DNA of 63,613 bases, counting the filler, from an uncultured bacterium (GTDB lineage: Bacteria; CAYJOG01): the NCBI GenBank assembly GCA_964371695.1. It is 28 parts of 28 records of this genome, joined end to end, with 100 filler letters (N's around TTAATTAATTAA, not from the genome) between each part and the next. Parts side by side here need not be neighbours in the genome. Positions count along the whole stretch, not along the records: positions 41,527 to 43,686 come from CAYJOG010000558.1; positions 43,787 to 45,941 come from CAYJOG010000559.1; positions 46,042 to 48,174 come from CAYJOG010000560.1; positions 48,275 to 50,404 come from CAYJOG010000561.1; positions 50,505 to 52,621 come from CAYJOG010000562.1; positions 52,722 to 54,828 come from CAYJOG010000563.1; 22 more parts are not named here. One strand, written 5' to 3'. Every line of letters begins with the position of its first letter. Position 1 is the first letter of the stretch. Of the stretch, positions 41,577-52,873 are shown in pieces. The notes under the pieces were generated by a model. That model was not told where the DNA came from, searched no databases, and saw only the letters and a program-made list of their open reading frames with translations. A program made the translations under genes and the position numbers.

Positions 41577-43016
41577 TCAACCCACACTGTCTTCCAGTTT
41601 CAGCGCCAGCAGGCGTTCGGCCTCCACGGCGAATTCCATGGGTAGTTGCCGAAACACATCTTTGCAGAATCCGTTGATGACGGCGCTGATGGCCTCTTCG
41701 CGGGCAATGCCCCGGCTCTGGAAATAGAACAACTGGTCTTCGCTGATTTTTGACGTGGTGGCCTCGTGTTCGATATTCGCATCCTGCGTGGCCACGTCAA
41801 TGTAAGGATGCGTGTTGGCCCCGCAATGAGACCCCACCAACATGCTGTCGCATTGCGTAAAGTTGCGCGCCCCCGCAGCCCCCCCCAGCACCTTCACCAG
41901 CCCCCGGTAAGTGTTCACCGATTCGTCGGCGGAAATGCCCTTGGAAATGATGACGCTGGTGGTGTTTTTGCCCTTGTGGATCATCTTGGTGCCCGTGTCG
42001 GCCTGCATTTTTCCGTTGGTGAGCGCCACGGAATAGAACTCACCCACGCTTTCGTCTCCCAGCAGCAGGCAACTGGGATATTTCCAGGTGATGGCGCTGC
42101 CCGCCTCCACCTGGGTCCAGCTTATTTTGCTGCGCCGCCCGGCGGCCTTGCCCCGTTTGGTGACGAAATTGAAAATGCCGCCCTTGCCTGTTTTGGGGTC
42201 TCCGGCATACCAGTTCTGCACCGTGGAATATTTGATTTCGGCGTTGTCGTTCGCCACCAGTTCCACCACGGCGGCGTGCAACTGGTTGGTGTCAAACATC
42301 GGCGCGGTGCAGCCTTCCAGATAACTCACATAACTGTTGCTGTCGCAGATGATGAGCGTGCGCTCGAACTGACCGGAGTCGGCGTTGTTGATGCGGAAAT
42401 AAGTGCTCAGCTCCAGCGGGCAGCGGGTGTTGGGGGGCACATATACAAAACTGCCGTCTGAAAACACCGCGCTGTTGAGCGCGGCATAAAAGTTGTCCCC
42501 CACCGGCACCACCGTGGCCAGATACCGCTCCACCAGTTCGGGAAACTCGTGCAGCGCCTCGGTGAAAGAGCAGAAAATCACGCCTGCGTCGTAGAGCTTT
42601 TTTTTGTGGGTGGTGGCCACGCTCACGCTGTCAAACACGGCGTCCACCGCCACCCCCGCCAGTTGTTTCTGTTCCTGCAACGGAATGCCCAGCTTCTCGA
42701 ACGTGCGGATCACTTCCGGGTCTACTTCGTCCATGCTGCCCAGCTTTTTTTTGGGCTTGGGGGCGGCGTAATAAACGATGTCCTGAAAATCAATGGGCGG
42801 GTACTTCACCCGCGCCCAGACCGGCTCATTCATTTTTTGCCACTGACGCAACGCCTTGAGGCGGAATTGCCGCATGAAATCCGGCTCTTCCTTGACCTGA
42901 CTGATCAGGCGCACCACGTCTTCGTTCAGACCACGGGGAAACGCCACACTTTCCACATCGGTGTGAAAGCCGTATTTATAGGCCGACGCCTTGAGGGCTT
43001 CTTTTGTCGCGCTCAT
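41577..43016 (-). CDS. sufB: Fe-S cluster assembly protein SufB
   Basis: [37 protein letters not shown]. Confidence 0.97.
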   Translation of the reverse strand: MSATKEALKASAYKYGFHTDVESVAFPRGLNEDVVRLISQVKEEPDFMRQFRLKALRQWQKMNEPVWARVKYPPIDFQDIVYYAAPKPKKKLGSMDEVDPEVIRTFEKLGIPLQEQKQLAGVAVDAVFDSVSVATTHKKKLYDAGVIFCSFTEALHEFPELVERYLATVVPVGDNFYAALNSAVFSDGSFVYVPPNTRCPLELSTYFRINNADSGQFERTLIICDSNSYVSYLEGCTAPMFDTNQLHAAVVELVANDNAEIKYSTVQNWYAGDPKTGKGGIFNFVTKRGKAAGRRSKISWTQVEAGSAITWKYPSCLLLGDESVGEFYSVALTNGKMQADTGTKMIHKGKNTTSVIISKGISADESVNTYRGLVKVLGGAAGARNFTQCDSMLVGSHCGANTHPYIDVATQDANIEHEATTSKISEDQLFYFQSRGIAREEAISAVINGFCKDVFRQLPMEFAVEAERLLALKLEDSVG

Positions 43017-43686
43017 GTGCCGCCCTCTTTCACCACGATTTCAGGATGCAGCTTTGACCGAAAAACTTCTTCGGCCAGTTTGAGCGACGTGGGCACCTGC
43101 TCTGGCGCAAGGGCTTTGTGAAACCGCAGCACGATATTCAGGTCGTCGTGCAGACCCGTGATTTCGAGGTCACCCGCAGACAGGTGCAACCGCGCCGCCA
43201 CGGCGGTTTTCAGCAGGGCGTCGGCCTGTTCCAGTTTTTTGGCCAGCCCCAGCGGCAACCAGTTTTTGTCGGCTTCGGTCATTTCTTCCACCGGCTTGCG
43301 CACATAACGTTTTTCGTCGGCGGGTTTGGGCAGCAGCACCACGCCGGGGCGGGCCTGCCGGAGCTTTTTCTGCAAGTCCTCCAAAAAACCGAACGCCGCC
43401 GCGCCTTGACTGGCAAAGGGATCTGGCCCAAGGCGTCGGGCGACTTCATCCGCGCCCAGCGCGCAAGCGTCTTCAAACCGTTTGCCCTGCACCGCCTCGC
43501 AAAACGCGTCGGCCACCGGCCCGCTGGTGATGCCCCCATAGGCCAGATAACGGGCCTCCTGCACCACGTCGGCGTCCAGATTGAGAAGCCAATAGAACTT
43601 GGCCTCGCCCCCCCCCGCCGTGAGCAACCCAAGCAGCGTGCGGGCGGCGTGGTCAATAAAAAAAGCCCCCCGGGGTTTTGGCGCGC
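43013..43686 (-). CDS. NifU/IscU-like scaffold-related protein (5' partial)
   Basis: KFYWLL...[12 protein letters not shown]....[12 protein letters not shown] resembles a U-type fold; overlaps the sufB start. Confidence 0.5.
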
Positions 43687-43910
43687 NNNNNNNNNNNNNN
43701 NNNNNNNNNNNNNNNNNNNNNNNNNNNNNNTTAATTAATTAANNNNNNNNNNNNNNNNNNNNNNNNNNNNNNNNNNNNNNNNNNNNCGCCTTTGCTCGGC
43801 CAGATGCCCCAATGGGCATCTGGAAAGATTCCTCGCAAACTACCGCACAAATACAGCAGCGATGTGGATATCACCGCTACTCATATAAATCCAAATGAAC
43901 TAAGGCGGGG

Positions 43911-44588
43911 TTACTTCACCGCGCCGCGCAGGCTGGCGCTGGCCGAGAGCACTTCGGCGGCCACCGTGGCGGCGTCCTGGCCCGGCAACACGGCCACGCC
44001 GCGGGTTTCTTCGCGCACCGCCTCGGTGAGGGGGCCGGTGACGATGGGGCCGAACTGCGCCAGCCCCTTGCTGCTGCTCAGCACCGCTGCGGTCACCGCC
44101 TCGCTCACCGGGTCCAGCACCTGATCGGTCTGGAACATCACCAGCGCCCGCTGGCGATGATGCCCCTCTCCCATGCTCAGCAACAGGTTGGGGCTGGCCC
44201 CGGCCACGCAGGGTTTGGTGGTGGGCGCGGCCACACAACGGCTGGGCAGGGCGTAAAACGCAAACTGGCCGTCGCGCGTGACGGTGGTGCTCACCGCGCT
44301 CACACCCGCGAGCGGTGCGCCGGTGTTATCAATGGCCGCCATCGTGATGGTTTCTCCCTCTGGCGCGGGCAGCAGGTTCAGGCCCGACAGTCTGGCCCCA
44401 CGGTGAGCGACGCCCTCTGCAGGCGGAGGCGGGATGAGTGCCACACCCTGCAACATGGGGGCGGGGTCGGGGAAAAACGCCTTGTCGCTGGGTTTGACGT
44501 TGCCGCCGCAACCCGTCAGCGACAACAGTCCCAGCCCACCCGTCAGGGCGCAGGCGGCAAAACAGGAAATCCGTCGGCGTGGCGGCAC
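43911..44588 (-). CDS. hypothetical lipoprotein
   Basis: basic N-terminus and lipobox LTGC. Confidence 0.65.
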   Translation of the reverse strand: MPPRRRISCFAACALTGGLGLLSLTGCGGNVKPSDKAFFPDPAPMLQGVALIPPPPAEGVAHRGARLSGLNLLPAPEGETITMAAIDNTGAPLAGVSAVSTTVTRDGQFAFYALPSRCVAAPTTKPCVAGASPNLLLSMGEGHHRQRALVMFQTDQVLDPVSEAVTAAVLSSSKGLAQFGPIVTGPLTEAVREETRGVAVLPGQDAATVAAEVLSASASLRGAVK

Positions 44589-44628
44589 GGGGGGATTTTA
44601 GCAGGCCGTGGCAACCGGGTTTGACTGT

Positions 44629-45612
44629 TCACGCGTGTTCAAAACGGTGTACAACATCCAAAAGCGCGCTGTTGTCCAGGCCGCAGCCGGTGATGACCAC
44701 CGCCGTGCGGCGGCCCGCCACGTCCACTTTTTCTTTGAGCAGCGCGCCGATGCCCACCGCGCCGCCGCCCTCTATCACCATGCGGTGGTTCTTTAGCATC
44801 CAGTAAATGCTCTCGGCAATCGTCTCTTCGCTCACCGTCACCACGTCGTCTACCCAGTGACGGAAAAACTCAAAAAACTCGTCGCTGATGATGGTGCCGA
44901 TGAGCGCGTCTGCGAGCGAACGCTGGGTGTCCACCGGCGTGCGGCGCCCCGCCTTCAGGCTGTGCGCCCAGGGGGCGGAGACCTCTGGCTGAATGCCGAT
45001 GACACGGATGTTGGGGTTGATGTGTTTGGCCGCCATGGCGCAGCCAATGATCAGCCCGCCCCCGCCCACCGGCACCAGCAGCGTGTCGATGTCCGGGTCC
45101 TGACGCAATATCTCCAGCGCCACCGTGCCCTGGCCGCTGATGATTTTGGGGTCGCAGAACGGATGAATGAACGCCTTGCCGGTGATGGACTGGAACTCGT
45201 GGGCGTGCTCCTTGCTCTGGTCATAATTCGCGCCCTTGAGCACCACCTTGGCCCCATAAATCTGGGTGTTCTCCACCTTCACTTCGGGTGTGGTCTCTGG
45301 CATGAAAATGGTGGCCTCGATGCCGAACATCTGGGCGCAGAACGCCACCGCCTGGGCGTGATTGCCCGCGCTCACGGCCACGATGCCGCGCTCTTTTTCG
45401 GCGTCGCTGAGCGAGGCGATTTTGTTGTAGGCCCCCCGCAGCTTGAACGACCCCACCGGCTGCAACAGGTTCTCCAGCTTGAAAAAGGTTTCGCCGCCGC
45501 ATTTTTTGCTCAGGCGGCGCGAGCGCACCATGGGGGTGGGTTGCACCACCTGGCGAATATGGTATTCCGCCGAAAAAATGTCCTTGAAGGCAAGGCCGAA
45601 AAGGTTGGCCAT
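44629..45612 (-). CDS. threonine/serine dehydratase (PLP, fold type II)
   Basis: GSFKLRGA, SAGNHAQ, PVGGGGL. Confidence 0.92.
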   Translation of the reverse strand: MANLFGLAFKDIFSAEYHIRQVVQPTPMVRSRRLSKKCGGETFFKLENLLQPVGSFKLRGAYNKIASLSDAEKERGIVAVSAGNHAQAVAFCAQMFGIEATIFMPETTPEVKVENTQIYGAKVVLKGANYDQSKEHAHEFQSITGKAFIHPFCDPKIISGQGTVALEILRQDPDIDTLLVPVGGGGLIIGCAMAAKHINPNIRVIGIQPEVSAPWAHSLKAGRRTPVDTQRSLADALIGTIISDEFFEFFRHWVDDVVTVSEETIAESIYWMLKNHRMVIEGGGAVGIGALLKEKVDVAGRRTAVVITGCGLDNSALLDVVHRFEHA

Positions 45613-45664
45613 GGGCGAATTGTATCGCAACACCCCGGGGCTGGCCGCTGGTAAAATTCATGCC

Positions 45665-45941
45665 GTGGCGCGCAGGCCGGTGAGAGCAGGAGATGGTGCG
45701 CCGGACTTTGAACTGCCCGCCCACACGGGCGAAAACGTGCGGCTGTCGCACCAGAAAGGCCACAAGGTGTGGCTGGCGTTTTTTCGTCACGCCGGGTGCC
45801 CGCTGTGTTATCTGCGGGTGCATGAGATGGCGCAGCGTGAAGCAGAATGGACACGCCGGGGCCTGCGGGTGCTGGCGGTTTTTCAGAACCCCGTGGACCA
45901 GATGACGCCCCTGCTGGGCGCGCAGCCGCCGGGTTTTCCCC
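45665..45941 (+). CDS. peroxiredoxin-like AhpC/TSA family protein (3' partial)
   Basis: GDGAPDFEL, FFRHAGCPLC. Confidence 0.8.
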
Positions 45942-46041
45942 NNNNNNNNNNNNNNNNNNNNNNNNNNNNNNNNNNNNNNNNNNNNTTAATTAATTAANNN
46001 NNNNNNNNNNNNNNNNNNNNNNNNNNNNNNNNNNNNNNNNN

Positions 46042-46203
46042 GGTTTTGGCCTGGAAAAACCGGAAATAGACCGAGCGGGGAGAGAGGCGGTAAAACAGGT
46101 CCAGCAGGGCCTTTTTGTCGGCGGGGCGCACAGACCGGAGCAACATGGGTGTGCCGTCTTTCAGCAACACCTGCCGGGCATAATCCTGGGCAGAAAAGGT
46201 CAA
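46042..46203 (-). CDS. GNAT-domain (Pat-like) protein, N-terminal fragment
   Basis: LKDGTPMLLRSVRPADK..L..LFYRLSPRSVYFRFF. Confidence 0.75.
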
Positions 46204-46210
46204 GGGGTGG

Positions 46211-47014
46211 TTACCCCAACATGGCCTTCATGAAAAGCCCCGACCCCGCCAGGGACTGGCCGCCGTCTATCACCATCGTCGCGCCGGTGATGTAGGCCGC
46301 CGCCGGGCTGCACAAAAACAGGGCCAGATCAGCGATTTCATCCTTGGTGGCGTAACGCCCCAGGGCAATGGCGGCTTCCAGCTTCTTTTTGGCGTCTTCG
46401 GTGGGGGTGAGGCGATCCATGCCTTCGGTGTCGTCCACCGGGCCGGGGTTGATGCAGTTGGCCCGCACACCCAGGCCCCCCCACTCCAGGGCCAGGGTTT
46501 TCACCAGCATGTCAATGCCCGCCTTGGCAGCACACACGTGGGCCTGAAAGGCCATGGGCGAAAAACTCTGCACCGCCGAAAGCGCCAGCAGGCTGGCCCC
46601 CGGTTTGCGCAGGTGATTAAACGCCGCCTTGAAGGCGTTGAACGCCCCCAGCAGGTCAATGTCCACCACCGCCTTGAAGCCGTTGGCGCTGAGCGCCGCT
46701 GCGGGCTGGGGAAAGTTGCCCGCCGCGCCCGCCAGCACCACATCAAAGGGGCCGTGGGCCTCGCGGGCGGTGGCCATGGCCGTCTCAAGGGCGGGGTAAT
46801 CCCGCACGTCGGCGGTCAGCGGCAGACATTTTCCACCAAAACCCCGAACCCCTTCGGCAGCCTTTTCGGCCTTTTCGGGGTTCCGGCCCAGAATGGCCAC
46901 GTTCGCCCCCTGTTCGCTGAAGCGTTCGGCGATGCGCAGGTTGATGCCGCTGGTGCCGCCGGTGATGAACACCGACTTGCCCTTGAACAGGTCGGGCTGA
47001 AAGATGCTGGCCAT
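46211..47014 (-). CDS. SDR oxidoreductase, 2,4-dienoyl-CoA reductase-like
   Basis: TGGTSGIN, GAAGNF, LSANGFKAVVDIDL; AGGAGG RBS. Confidence 0.9.
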   Translation of the reverse strand: MASIFQPDLFKGKSVFITGGTSGINLRIAERFSEQGANVAILGRNPEKAEKAAEGVRGFGGKCLPLTADVRDYPALETAMATAREAHGPFDVVLAGAAGNFPQPAAALSANGFKAVVDIDLLGAFNAFKAAFNHLRKPGASLLALSAVQSFSPMAFQAHVCAAKAGIDMLVKTLALEWGGLGVRANCINPGPVDDTEGMDRLTPTEDAKKKLEAAIALGRYATKDEIADLALFLCSPAAAYITGATMVIDGGQSLAGSGLFMKAMLG

Positions 47015-47092
47015 GTGAACCTCCTGAAGTGGTTTGACACAGGCATTATTACCCAACTGCCTCACCGTTCCTTCTGTTATCCTGCCGGGGTT

Positions 47093-47497
47093 ATGAATTA
47101 CGCCATCGTCAAAACCACCCGCGAGCGCCAGGGCCTGAGCGCCGAACTGGTGCGTGTGATGAACCACGAAAAAGAATCCGTGCAGTTTTGCCGCGACCAG
47201 AACAACACCCTGAACTTTCTTTCGGACGCGCACTACAGCGTGGCGGAGTTACTGGGCGAAGGAGACTTCACCGTGCTGGTGTTCAATAACAGTTGCCAGT
47301 TGGCACGGGCTTTTGACAGCGAAAAAGCCGCCCACACCTTCATGAAATCCGATCTGCCCAAACTGGGTTTTCCCAAGGAGTGGAAGTTCAGTCTGCTGGC
47401 CAAGGTGGACCCGAACGCTGCACCCGAAGAACCAGAAGAACCAGGAGAACCAGAACCACCTGAAGCAGAACCTTTGCCGCCAACCTCAGAAGACTGA
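47093..47497 (+). CDS. hypothetical protein with Pro/Glu-rich tail
   Basis: divergent ORF with typical codon usage. Confidence 0.6.
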   Translation: MNYAIVKTTRERQGLSAELVRVMNHEKESVQFCRDQNNTLNFLSDAHYSVAELLGEGDFTVLVFNNSCQLARAFDSEKAAHTFMKSDLPKLGFPKEWKFSLLAKVDPNAAPEEPEEPGEPEPPEAEPLPPTSED

Positions 47498-47898
47498 GCC
47501 AGATCATTCTTTTTGACACAAACACCACCACTTCTTGGGTGAGCCTGCAAAAGTCCGTCCTGGACTTTTTTCGGCCCCACAACCCCTCGGCAAGGCCTCA
47601 GGATTGTGGGCGAAAACCTACGCTATGCTCGGTTTTCGTGAGCATTCCATCCAGGAATGCAAGTCGCCCCTGATGCGCCTGGACGGTTTTGGCCCAGGGG
47701 TTTCGCCCCTTCCAAACCCTTTTCAAGTTTGGTATGGGCGACTTCTTGGGCAGCGGGGGATTTTGCTTATACTTTCGGCTCCCCCGAATGGGGAGACCAG
47801 CCAACGCCACTCAATCAAGGGATTTTTCACTATCATTTCCTTTGCGTGACGGCCCAAAACCGCCACGGCTGGCCCAAGGTTTNNNNNNNNNNGGCCCA

Positions 47899-48174
47899 GT
47901 GATCACCACCCCTTTAAGCGTGGAACAAACTTATGAGGAAATGCGCGTGCGCCTGAAGGGCCTTGCGCCGGAGTTCGAGCTTCGCCACAAGGCCGAACTG
48001 GCGGTGCGCATCAACCGCCTGAAAGAAGAAAAAAACGCCATCATCCTTGGCCACAACTACATGGAGGCCGCTCTTTACACCTCTGTGACGGATTTTCGCG
48101 GCGACTCCCTGGAGCTTTGCCGCCGCGCCCAGGCCACCGATAAGGACATCATCGTGTTCTGCGGTGTGCAGTTC
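47899..48174 (+). CDS. nadA: quinolinate synthase (3' partial)
   Basis: NAIILGHNY...DFRGDSLEL...IIVFCGVQF. Confidence 0.93.
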
Positions 48175-48354
48175 NNNNNNNNNNNNNNNNNNNNNNNNNN
48201 NNNNNNNNNNNNNNNNNNTTAATTAATTAANNNNNNNNNNNNNNNNNNNNNNNNNNNNNNNNNNNNNNNNNNNNCAAACCTGGGGTGTCCGAGGGGATGA
48301 ATCCCCTCGGTGGGGGGTTTGGGGGGCAAAGCCCTCCAAATAATCTTGATTCAA

Positions 48355-49053
48355 TCAACTCTTTTGCTGCACCAGCTTCAAAAAGTTCACCAGCAGCCGC
48401 TGGCGTTCCTTTTCGTGGGTTTTGAGTTTTTGGGCGGTCTGGCGCTGAAAAAGGGCGTAGCGGTTTTTGAGTTCTTCCCTCGTGAACCACGCAGAGCGCA
48501 TGGCCTCGTCGGTTTCGGTGTGAAACTGAAGGCCAAACACAGACTTGCCCGCCCAGATGGCCTGATTGGACACCCGCTGCCCCCAGGCGATTTTGCGTGT
48601 GCCCGGCGGAATGGTGAAGGTGTCGAAGTGCCACTGGATGGTGTCGAAACGCTCTGGCACGCCTTTGAAAAGGGGGCAGATTTTGCCCTCCTGTGTCAGG
48701 GCCACCCTGCCCCACCCCACCTCTGGCGCACGGGCCTGGAACACTTCGCCCCCCATGGCGCTGGAAATGATCTGGGCCCCCAGGCAAATGCCCAGCAGGG
48801 GCAGGTCCTTTTCCACCGCCAAGCGCACCAACGCCCGTTGTTGCGGCAAAGTCGGGTGTGCCTTGTCATCCACCGCCGACATCGGCCCCCCCAGCAGCAC
48901 CAGACCAGAAGTGTTCAAATGTGTAACACCACTGAGAGAATCCTGACCCACCAGATGCACCTTCACCGGCAGGTTCATCTCTTTGGCCAGCACCAGCAGG
49001 TGCCCTGTCGGCTCGGCGGGTGTCTGTTGAATGATGTGCAGGTATTGTTTCAT
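48355..49053 (-). CDS. type 1 glutamine amidotransferase
   Basis: LGGPMS, LGICLGAQ, QWHFD, GLQFHTE. Confidence 0.9.
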   Translation of the reverse strand: MKQYLHIIQQTPAEPTGHLLVLAKEMNLPVKVHLVGQDSLSGVTHLNTSGLVLLGGPMSAVDDKAHPTLPQQRALVRLAVEKDLPLLGICLGAQIISSAMGGEVFQARAPEVGWGRVALTQEGKICPLFKGVPERFDTIQWHFDTFTIPPGTRKIAWGQRVSNQAIWAGKSVFGLQFHTETDEAMRSAWFTREELKNRYALFQRQTAQKLKTHEKERQRLLVNFLKLVQQKS

Positions 49054-49097
49054 ATTGCTTAATAGTGTTCATCCCTGTTGAGACAAACTGGATTCAT

Positions 49098-49115
49098 TTG
49101 TGATTGACCTCACAA
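49098..49115. promoter_or_regulatory. CRP/FNR-type (or Rex-like) palindromic operator
   Basis: TTGTGA-TTGACC-TCACAA is a perfect TGTGA-N6-TCACA between divergent genes. Confidence 0.65.
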
Positions 49116-49177
49116 TAGTTTAAGATTTGCCACATGCAACTGTACACAGTCGGGGACACGGGGAGGGGGACCGCTCC

Positions 49178-50257
49178 GTGAACAACCCTTCCTCCCAGCC
49201 GGTGATCTGGATTGGGCAGGACGCCCTCACGCTGGGTGTCGTGCGGCAGGCTATTACGGCGGCGCAACACGGCGCGACCTTGCTGCTGGAGGGAGAAACG
49301 GGCGTGGGCAAAGAGCTGCTGGCCCGCCTGAGCCACCAGCAAAGCCCCCTTGGCCAGGGGCCGTTTGTGGCCATGGGCTGTGGGGCCATCCCCTCCAACC
49401 TGTTTGAGAGCGAGCTTTTTGGCCATGTGGCGGGGGCTTTTACCGGTGCGCTTTATGACCGCACGGGCCTGTTGGAGGCCGCCGACGGCGGCACTCTTTT
49501 TCTGGATGAAATCAGCGAGGTGCCCCTGCCCCTGCAGGTGAAACTGCTGCGGGTGCTGCAAGACGGCGTGCTGACCCGTCTGGGCGAAAACCAGACCCGT
49601 CAGGTGCGGGTGCGCGTGGTGGCGGCCACCTCCCGCAACCTCAAGGAACTCGTGGACCAGCGGCTTTTCCGCGAAGACCTCTATTACCGCCTCAACGTGG
49701 TGCATCTGGTGCTGCCCCCCCTGCGGGAACGCCCCCAGGACATCCCCCTGCTGTGTGATTATTTCGCCAAAATCGCCGCGCAACGGCTGGGGCAAAACCC
49801 CAAACCCATCGCCGCCGAGGCCATGGCCCTGCTGCGAGCCTATGAATGGCCCGGCAACGTGCGGGAACTGGCCAACACCATGGAGCACATGGTGATTTAC
49901 AGCGACGACCCGATTCTGGACGAAAACACGCTGCCCGGCAGTGTGCTGGAGGGCGCACGGCAATCTCCGGCCCCCAAGCGCCTGGGGCTGAAGCAACGGG
50001 TGGAAATGTACGAGAAACGGCTCATCCGCGAGGCCATGCGCCAGTCCAAGGGCGTCAAGGCAAGGGCGGCCCGCCTGTTGGGAGTCAAACGCACCACGCT
50101 GGTGCTCAAGATGCAGCGTTATGGCATGGCCCAGGGGCGGGACCGCGACGACGAAGAAGAATCCAGCCACCTGCCCTCGCCCCACCAGCACAACGGCTCC
50201 GAAGCCTCCCAGGCCGGGGCACTGTCGCCCACGGGCGCGACTGAATCTGCTGACTGA
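49178..50257 (+). CDS. sigma54-dependent Fis-family activator lacking an N-terminal sensor domain
   Basis: [36 protein letters not shown]-terminal HTH; GGAGG then GTG. Confidence 0.92.
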   Translation: MNNPSSQPVIWIGQDALTLGVVRQAITAAQHGATLLLEGETGVGKELLARLSHQQSPLGQGPFVAMGCGAIPSNLFESELFGHVAGAFTGALYDRTGLLEAADGGTLFLDEISEVPLPLQVKLLRVLQDGVLTRLGENQTRQVRVRVVAATSRNLKELVDQRLFREDLYYRLNVVHLVLPPLRERPQDIPLLCDYFAKIAAQRLGQNPKPIAAEAMALLRAYEWPGNVRELANTMEHMVIYSDDPILDENTLPGSVLEGARQSPAPKRLGLKQRVEMYEKRLIREAMRQSKGVKARAARLLGVKRTTLVLKMQRYGMAQGRDRDDEEESSHLPSPHQHNGSEASQAGALSPTGATESAD

Positions 50258-50504
50258 TCACTTTTGACAAAACCAGTTTTGTCCGAGGATTTTTGCCCAT
50301 GCCTGTTGGGTTAAGGAAAAAAAGTGTGAGATCGCCTGGGCTTTTTGATGTAGCCCCGGCGTGCTATCGCCTTCTCGCGGCTGGGTGCCCCAATGGGCAC
50401 CCAGNNNNNNNNNNNNNNNNNNNNNNNNNNNNNNNNNNNNNNNNNNNNTTAATTAATTAANNNNNNNNNNNNNNNNNNNNNNNNNNNNNNNNNNNNNNNN
50501 NNNN

Positions 50505-51426
50505 GGTCCAGGTGAACGTAATCCTTGCCGTCAATGCCCTTGCCCTCGCGCACCTCAAAATAAATGCTGCGGCTCACCATGTCGCGGGGGGCGAGGTCTT
50601 TGATGGTGGGGGCGTAACGCTCCATGAACGCCTCACCGGTGCGGTTGCGCAAAATGCCGCCTTCGCCCCGCGCCGCCTCGCTCACCAGAATGCCCAGCTT
50701 GCGCAGGCCCGTGGGGTGGAACTGCACAAACTCCATGTCCTGCAGGGGGATGCCCCGGCGATAGGCGATGGCCATGCCGTCTGCCGTGTTCGCCAGTGCG
50801 TTGCTGGTGGTGCGCCAAGCCCGGCCATAACCACCGGTGGCGAACACCACCGACTTGGCCTGGAACGTGTGCAGGCGGCCCGTGAGCAGGTCCATGGCCA
50901 CCACGCCGCAACAGGCGCCGTCCACCATCAGCAGGTCCATTACAAAATACTCGTTGTAAAACCGCACCTCATTTTTCACGCACTGCTCAAACAGGGTTTG
51001 CAGAATCATGTGGCCGGTGCGGTCGGCGCTGTAACAGGCGCGGCGCACGGGCGACTTGCCGTGGTCGCGGGTGTGGCCGCCAAACCGCCGCTGGGCAATG
51101 CGCCCCTCTGGCGTGCGGTTAAAGGGCAGGCCCAGGTGTTCCAGTTCATAAATCGCCCGGGGGGCGTCTTTGCACATGAACTCGATGGCGTCCTGGTCGC
51201 CCAGATAATCCGACCCCTTCACGGTGTCGAACATGTGCCATTCCCAGTGATCTTCTTCAAGGTTTCCCAGGCTGGCCGAGACGCCCCCCTGGGCCGCGCC
51301 GGTGTGGCTGCGGGTGGGGTAGAGCTTGCTGATGACGCCCACGTCGGCCTTGTGGCTGGCCGCCAGCGCGCTCATCAGTCCGCTGCCGCCCGCGCCCACA
51401 ATCAATACTTCGTGTCGGTGGATCAT
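50505..51426 (-). CDS. sdhA: succinate dehydrogenase flavoprotein (3' partial)
   Basis: [31 protein letters not shown]. Confidence 0.96.
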
Positions 51427-51947
51427 TGTTCGCCCCCTTCCTGGGGATACCACTCCGGCTCTTCCTGGGGCGGCGGGTCTCCCGCCTGGGGCCCGGTGTC
51501 GCCAGAGAGGGGCTCCTGCTGGGCGTTGTATTCGTCCAGGCCGGTTTCAGCCGCAGGGGCGGCGTGGGCCTGCCGGGCGTTCACGCCCACCTTCACAATG
51601 GCAAAGGCCCCATAGGCCCACAGGGCGGCCATGAACACATACACCACGCTCAGGGTCGTCAGGCGGGCGAGGCGATTTTTGATGAAGTCGTCCAGGCTGA
51701 TTTTCAGGCCAATCACGGCGTGCAGCAGGCTGAAGGTGACCAGAATCAGGTTGAAAATCACCCACTCCGGGTTGCCCAGGCGCTCGGCCACGCTGTCAAA
51801 GTTGAGGTCACGGGGGTTGGTGGTCTTGATGGTATGCATGTAAACGAAGTGAAACACCACCGCCAGCAGCAGCACACCGCCGCTCAGGCGTTGCACATAC
51901 CACTCCACCACGCCGCCCCCTTGGCGGCCACGGGGGCTGAAGGTCAT
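51423..51947 (-). CDS. sdhD: succinate dehydrogenase membrane anchor
   Basis: [25 protein letters not shown] couplings on both sides. Confidence 0.88.
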   Translation of the reverse strand: MTFSPRGRQGGGVVEWYVQRLSGGVLLLAVVFHFVYMHTIKTTNPRDLNFDSVAERLGNPEWVIFNLILVTFSLLHAVIGLKISLDDFIKNRLARLTTLSVVYVFMAALWAYGAFAIVKVGVNARQAHAAPAAETGLDEYNAQQEPLSGDTGPQAGDPPPQEEPEWYPQEGGEQ

Positions 51948-52333
51948 GGCGACACCGCCTTTTTCAGACCCAGGGCCTGTTGCAGCACGTCGGCGTGCTG
52001 GAACATGAAAAACGCCATCACCAGCCAGCCCACGGCGGTGGCGGCCAGCACGGCGTAAAACATCTGTTTTTGCAGGTGCGTGAGGTCCAGCAGGTCCACC
52101 AGAATGATGCGCAGGCCATTGAGCGCGTGAAACAGCACCGGGGCGAACAGGGCGATCTCGGCCAGTTTGAACACCGGTGTGTTGTATTTGGCCATGTAGG
52201 CGTTGAAGTGCTCCGGCCCCTGGGCCAGATGCCCCATGGAAAGGATGTGCAGGATGAGATAAAAGAGAAGGGCAAGGCCCGAAAGCCGGTGCATGTAAAA
52301 AGCCAGCATGCCCGCCTGAATGCGGTATTTCAC
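51944..52333 (-). CDS. sdhC: succinate dehydrogenase cytochrome b556 subunit
   Basis: MHRLSG, FHALNGLRIILVD; AGGAGG then GTG. Confidence 0.92.
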   Translation of the reverse strand: MKYRIQAGMLAFYMHRLSGLALLFYLILHILSMGHLAQGPEHFNAYMAKYNTPVFKLAEIALFAPVLFHALNGLRIILVDLLDLTHLQKQMFYAVLAATAVGWLVMAFFMFQHADVLQQALGLKKAVSP

Positions 52334-52418
52334 GGGGCAACCTCCTTTGGCGGGGGCCATTCTCCACCCGTGGGGGAGACAGTCAAGACATGGGGGAAGA
52401 TGGTGGGAGGAAGCCTTC

Positions 52419-52621
52419 TCAATATCGCTGCTCCGGCACACCCACCCACAGGTTGATCACCTCTGACCGGGGCCTGCCCTGCACGGGGGTGCGGCGCACC
52501 TCACAGACATAATCAATGGTGCTCATGCCGCCGGGGGTGCTGCTGCCCACATACACCTTGCCTCTTATATCAAAGGTCTTTTTGGTCTCCTGCCAGGTGA
52601 CCTTGGGATTGTCGGGGGGGC
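52419..52621 (-). CDS. hypothetical protein, C-terminal fragment
   Basis: open frame PPDNPKVTWQETKK...VGVPEQRY*. Confidence 0.45.
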
Positions 52622-52730
52622 NNNNNNNNNNNNNNNNNNNNNNNNNNNNNNNNNNNNNNNNNNNNTTAATTAATTAANNNNNNNNNNNNNNNNNNNNNNN
52701 NNNNNNNNNNNNNNNNNNNNNTTATTGCCT

Positions 52731-52768
52731 ACCCCTCACCCCAACCCTCTCCCCAGTAGGGGAGAGGG
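52731..52768 (+). repeat. CCCCTCACCCCAA-CCCTCTCCC..GGGAGAGG hairpin repeat family (about 15 copies: 6997, 9326, 16282, 20780, 23206, 30108, 33976, 41271, 52731, 54693, 58337, 58821, 59049, 59435, 63561)
   Basis: conserved stem CCCTCTCCC/GGGAGAGGG with variable loop and GGGTGAGGG tail. Confidence 0.9.
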
Positions 52769-52873
52769 GGCAAGGGCGGCATTCTCTCATTTAATGGCGT
52801 TACCGCTTGTGGCCTGCCCCGCCCCCTGAAATCCCCGGTTGGTTTTGGTCAAAAACTTGGTCAAGATGTGGCC

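Noticed and set aside
47780-47882. NAD+ riboswitch upstream of nadA
   Set aside because: I could not match the nadA-motif consensus by eye, and the leader is interrupted by a gap; an Infernal/Rfam scan would settle it.
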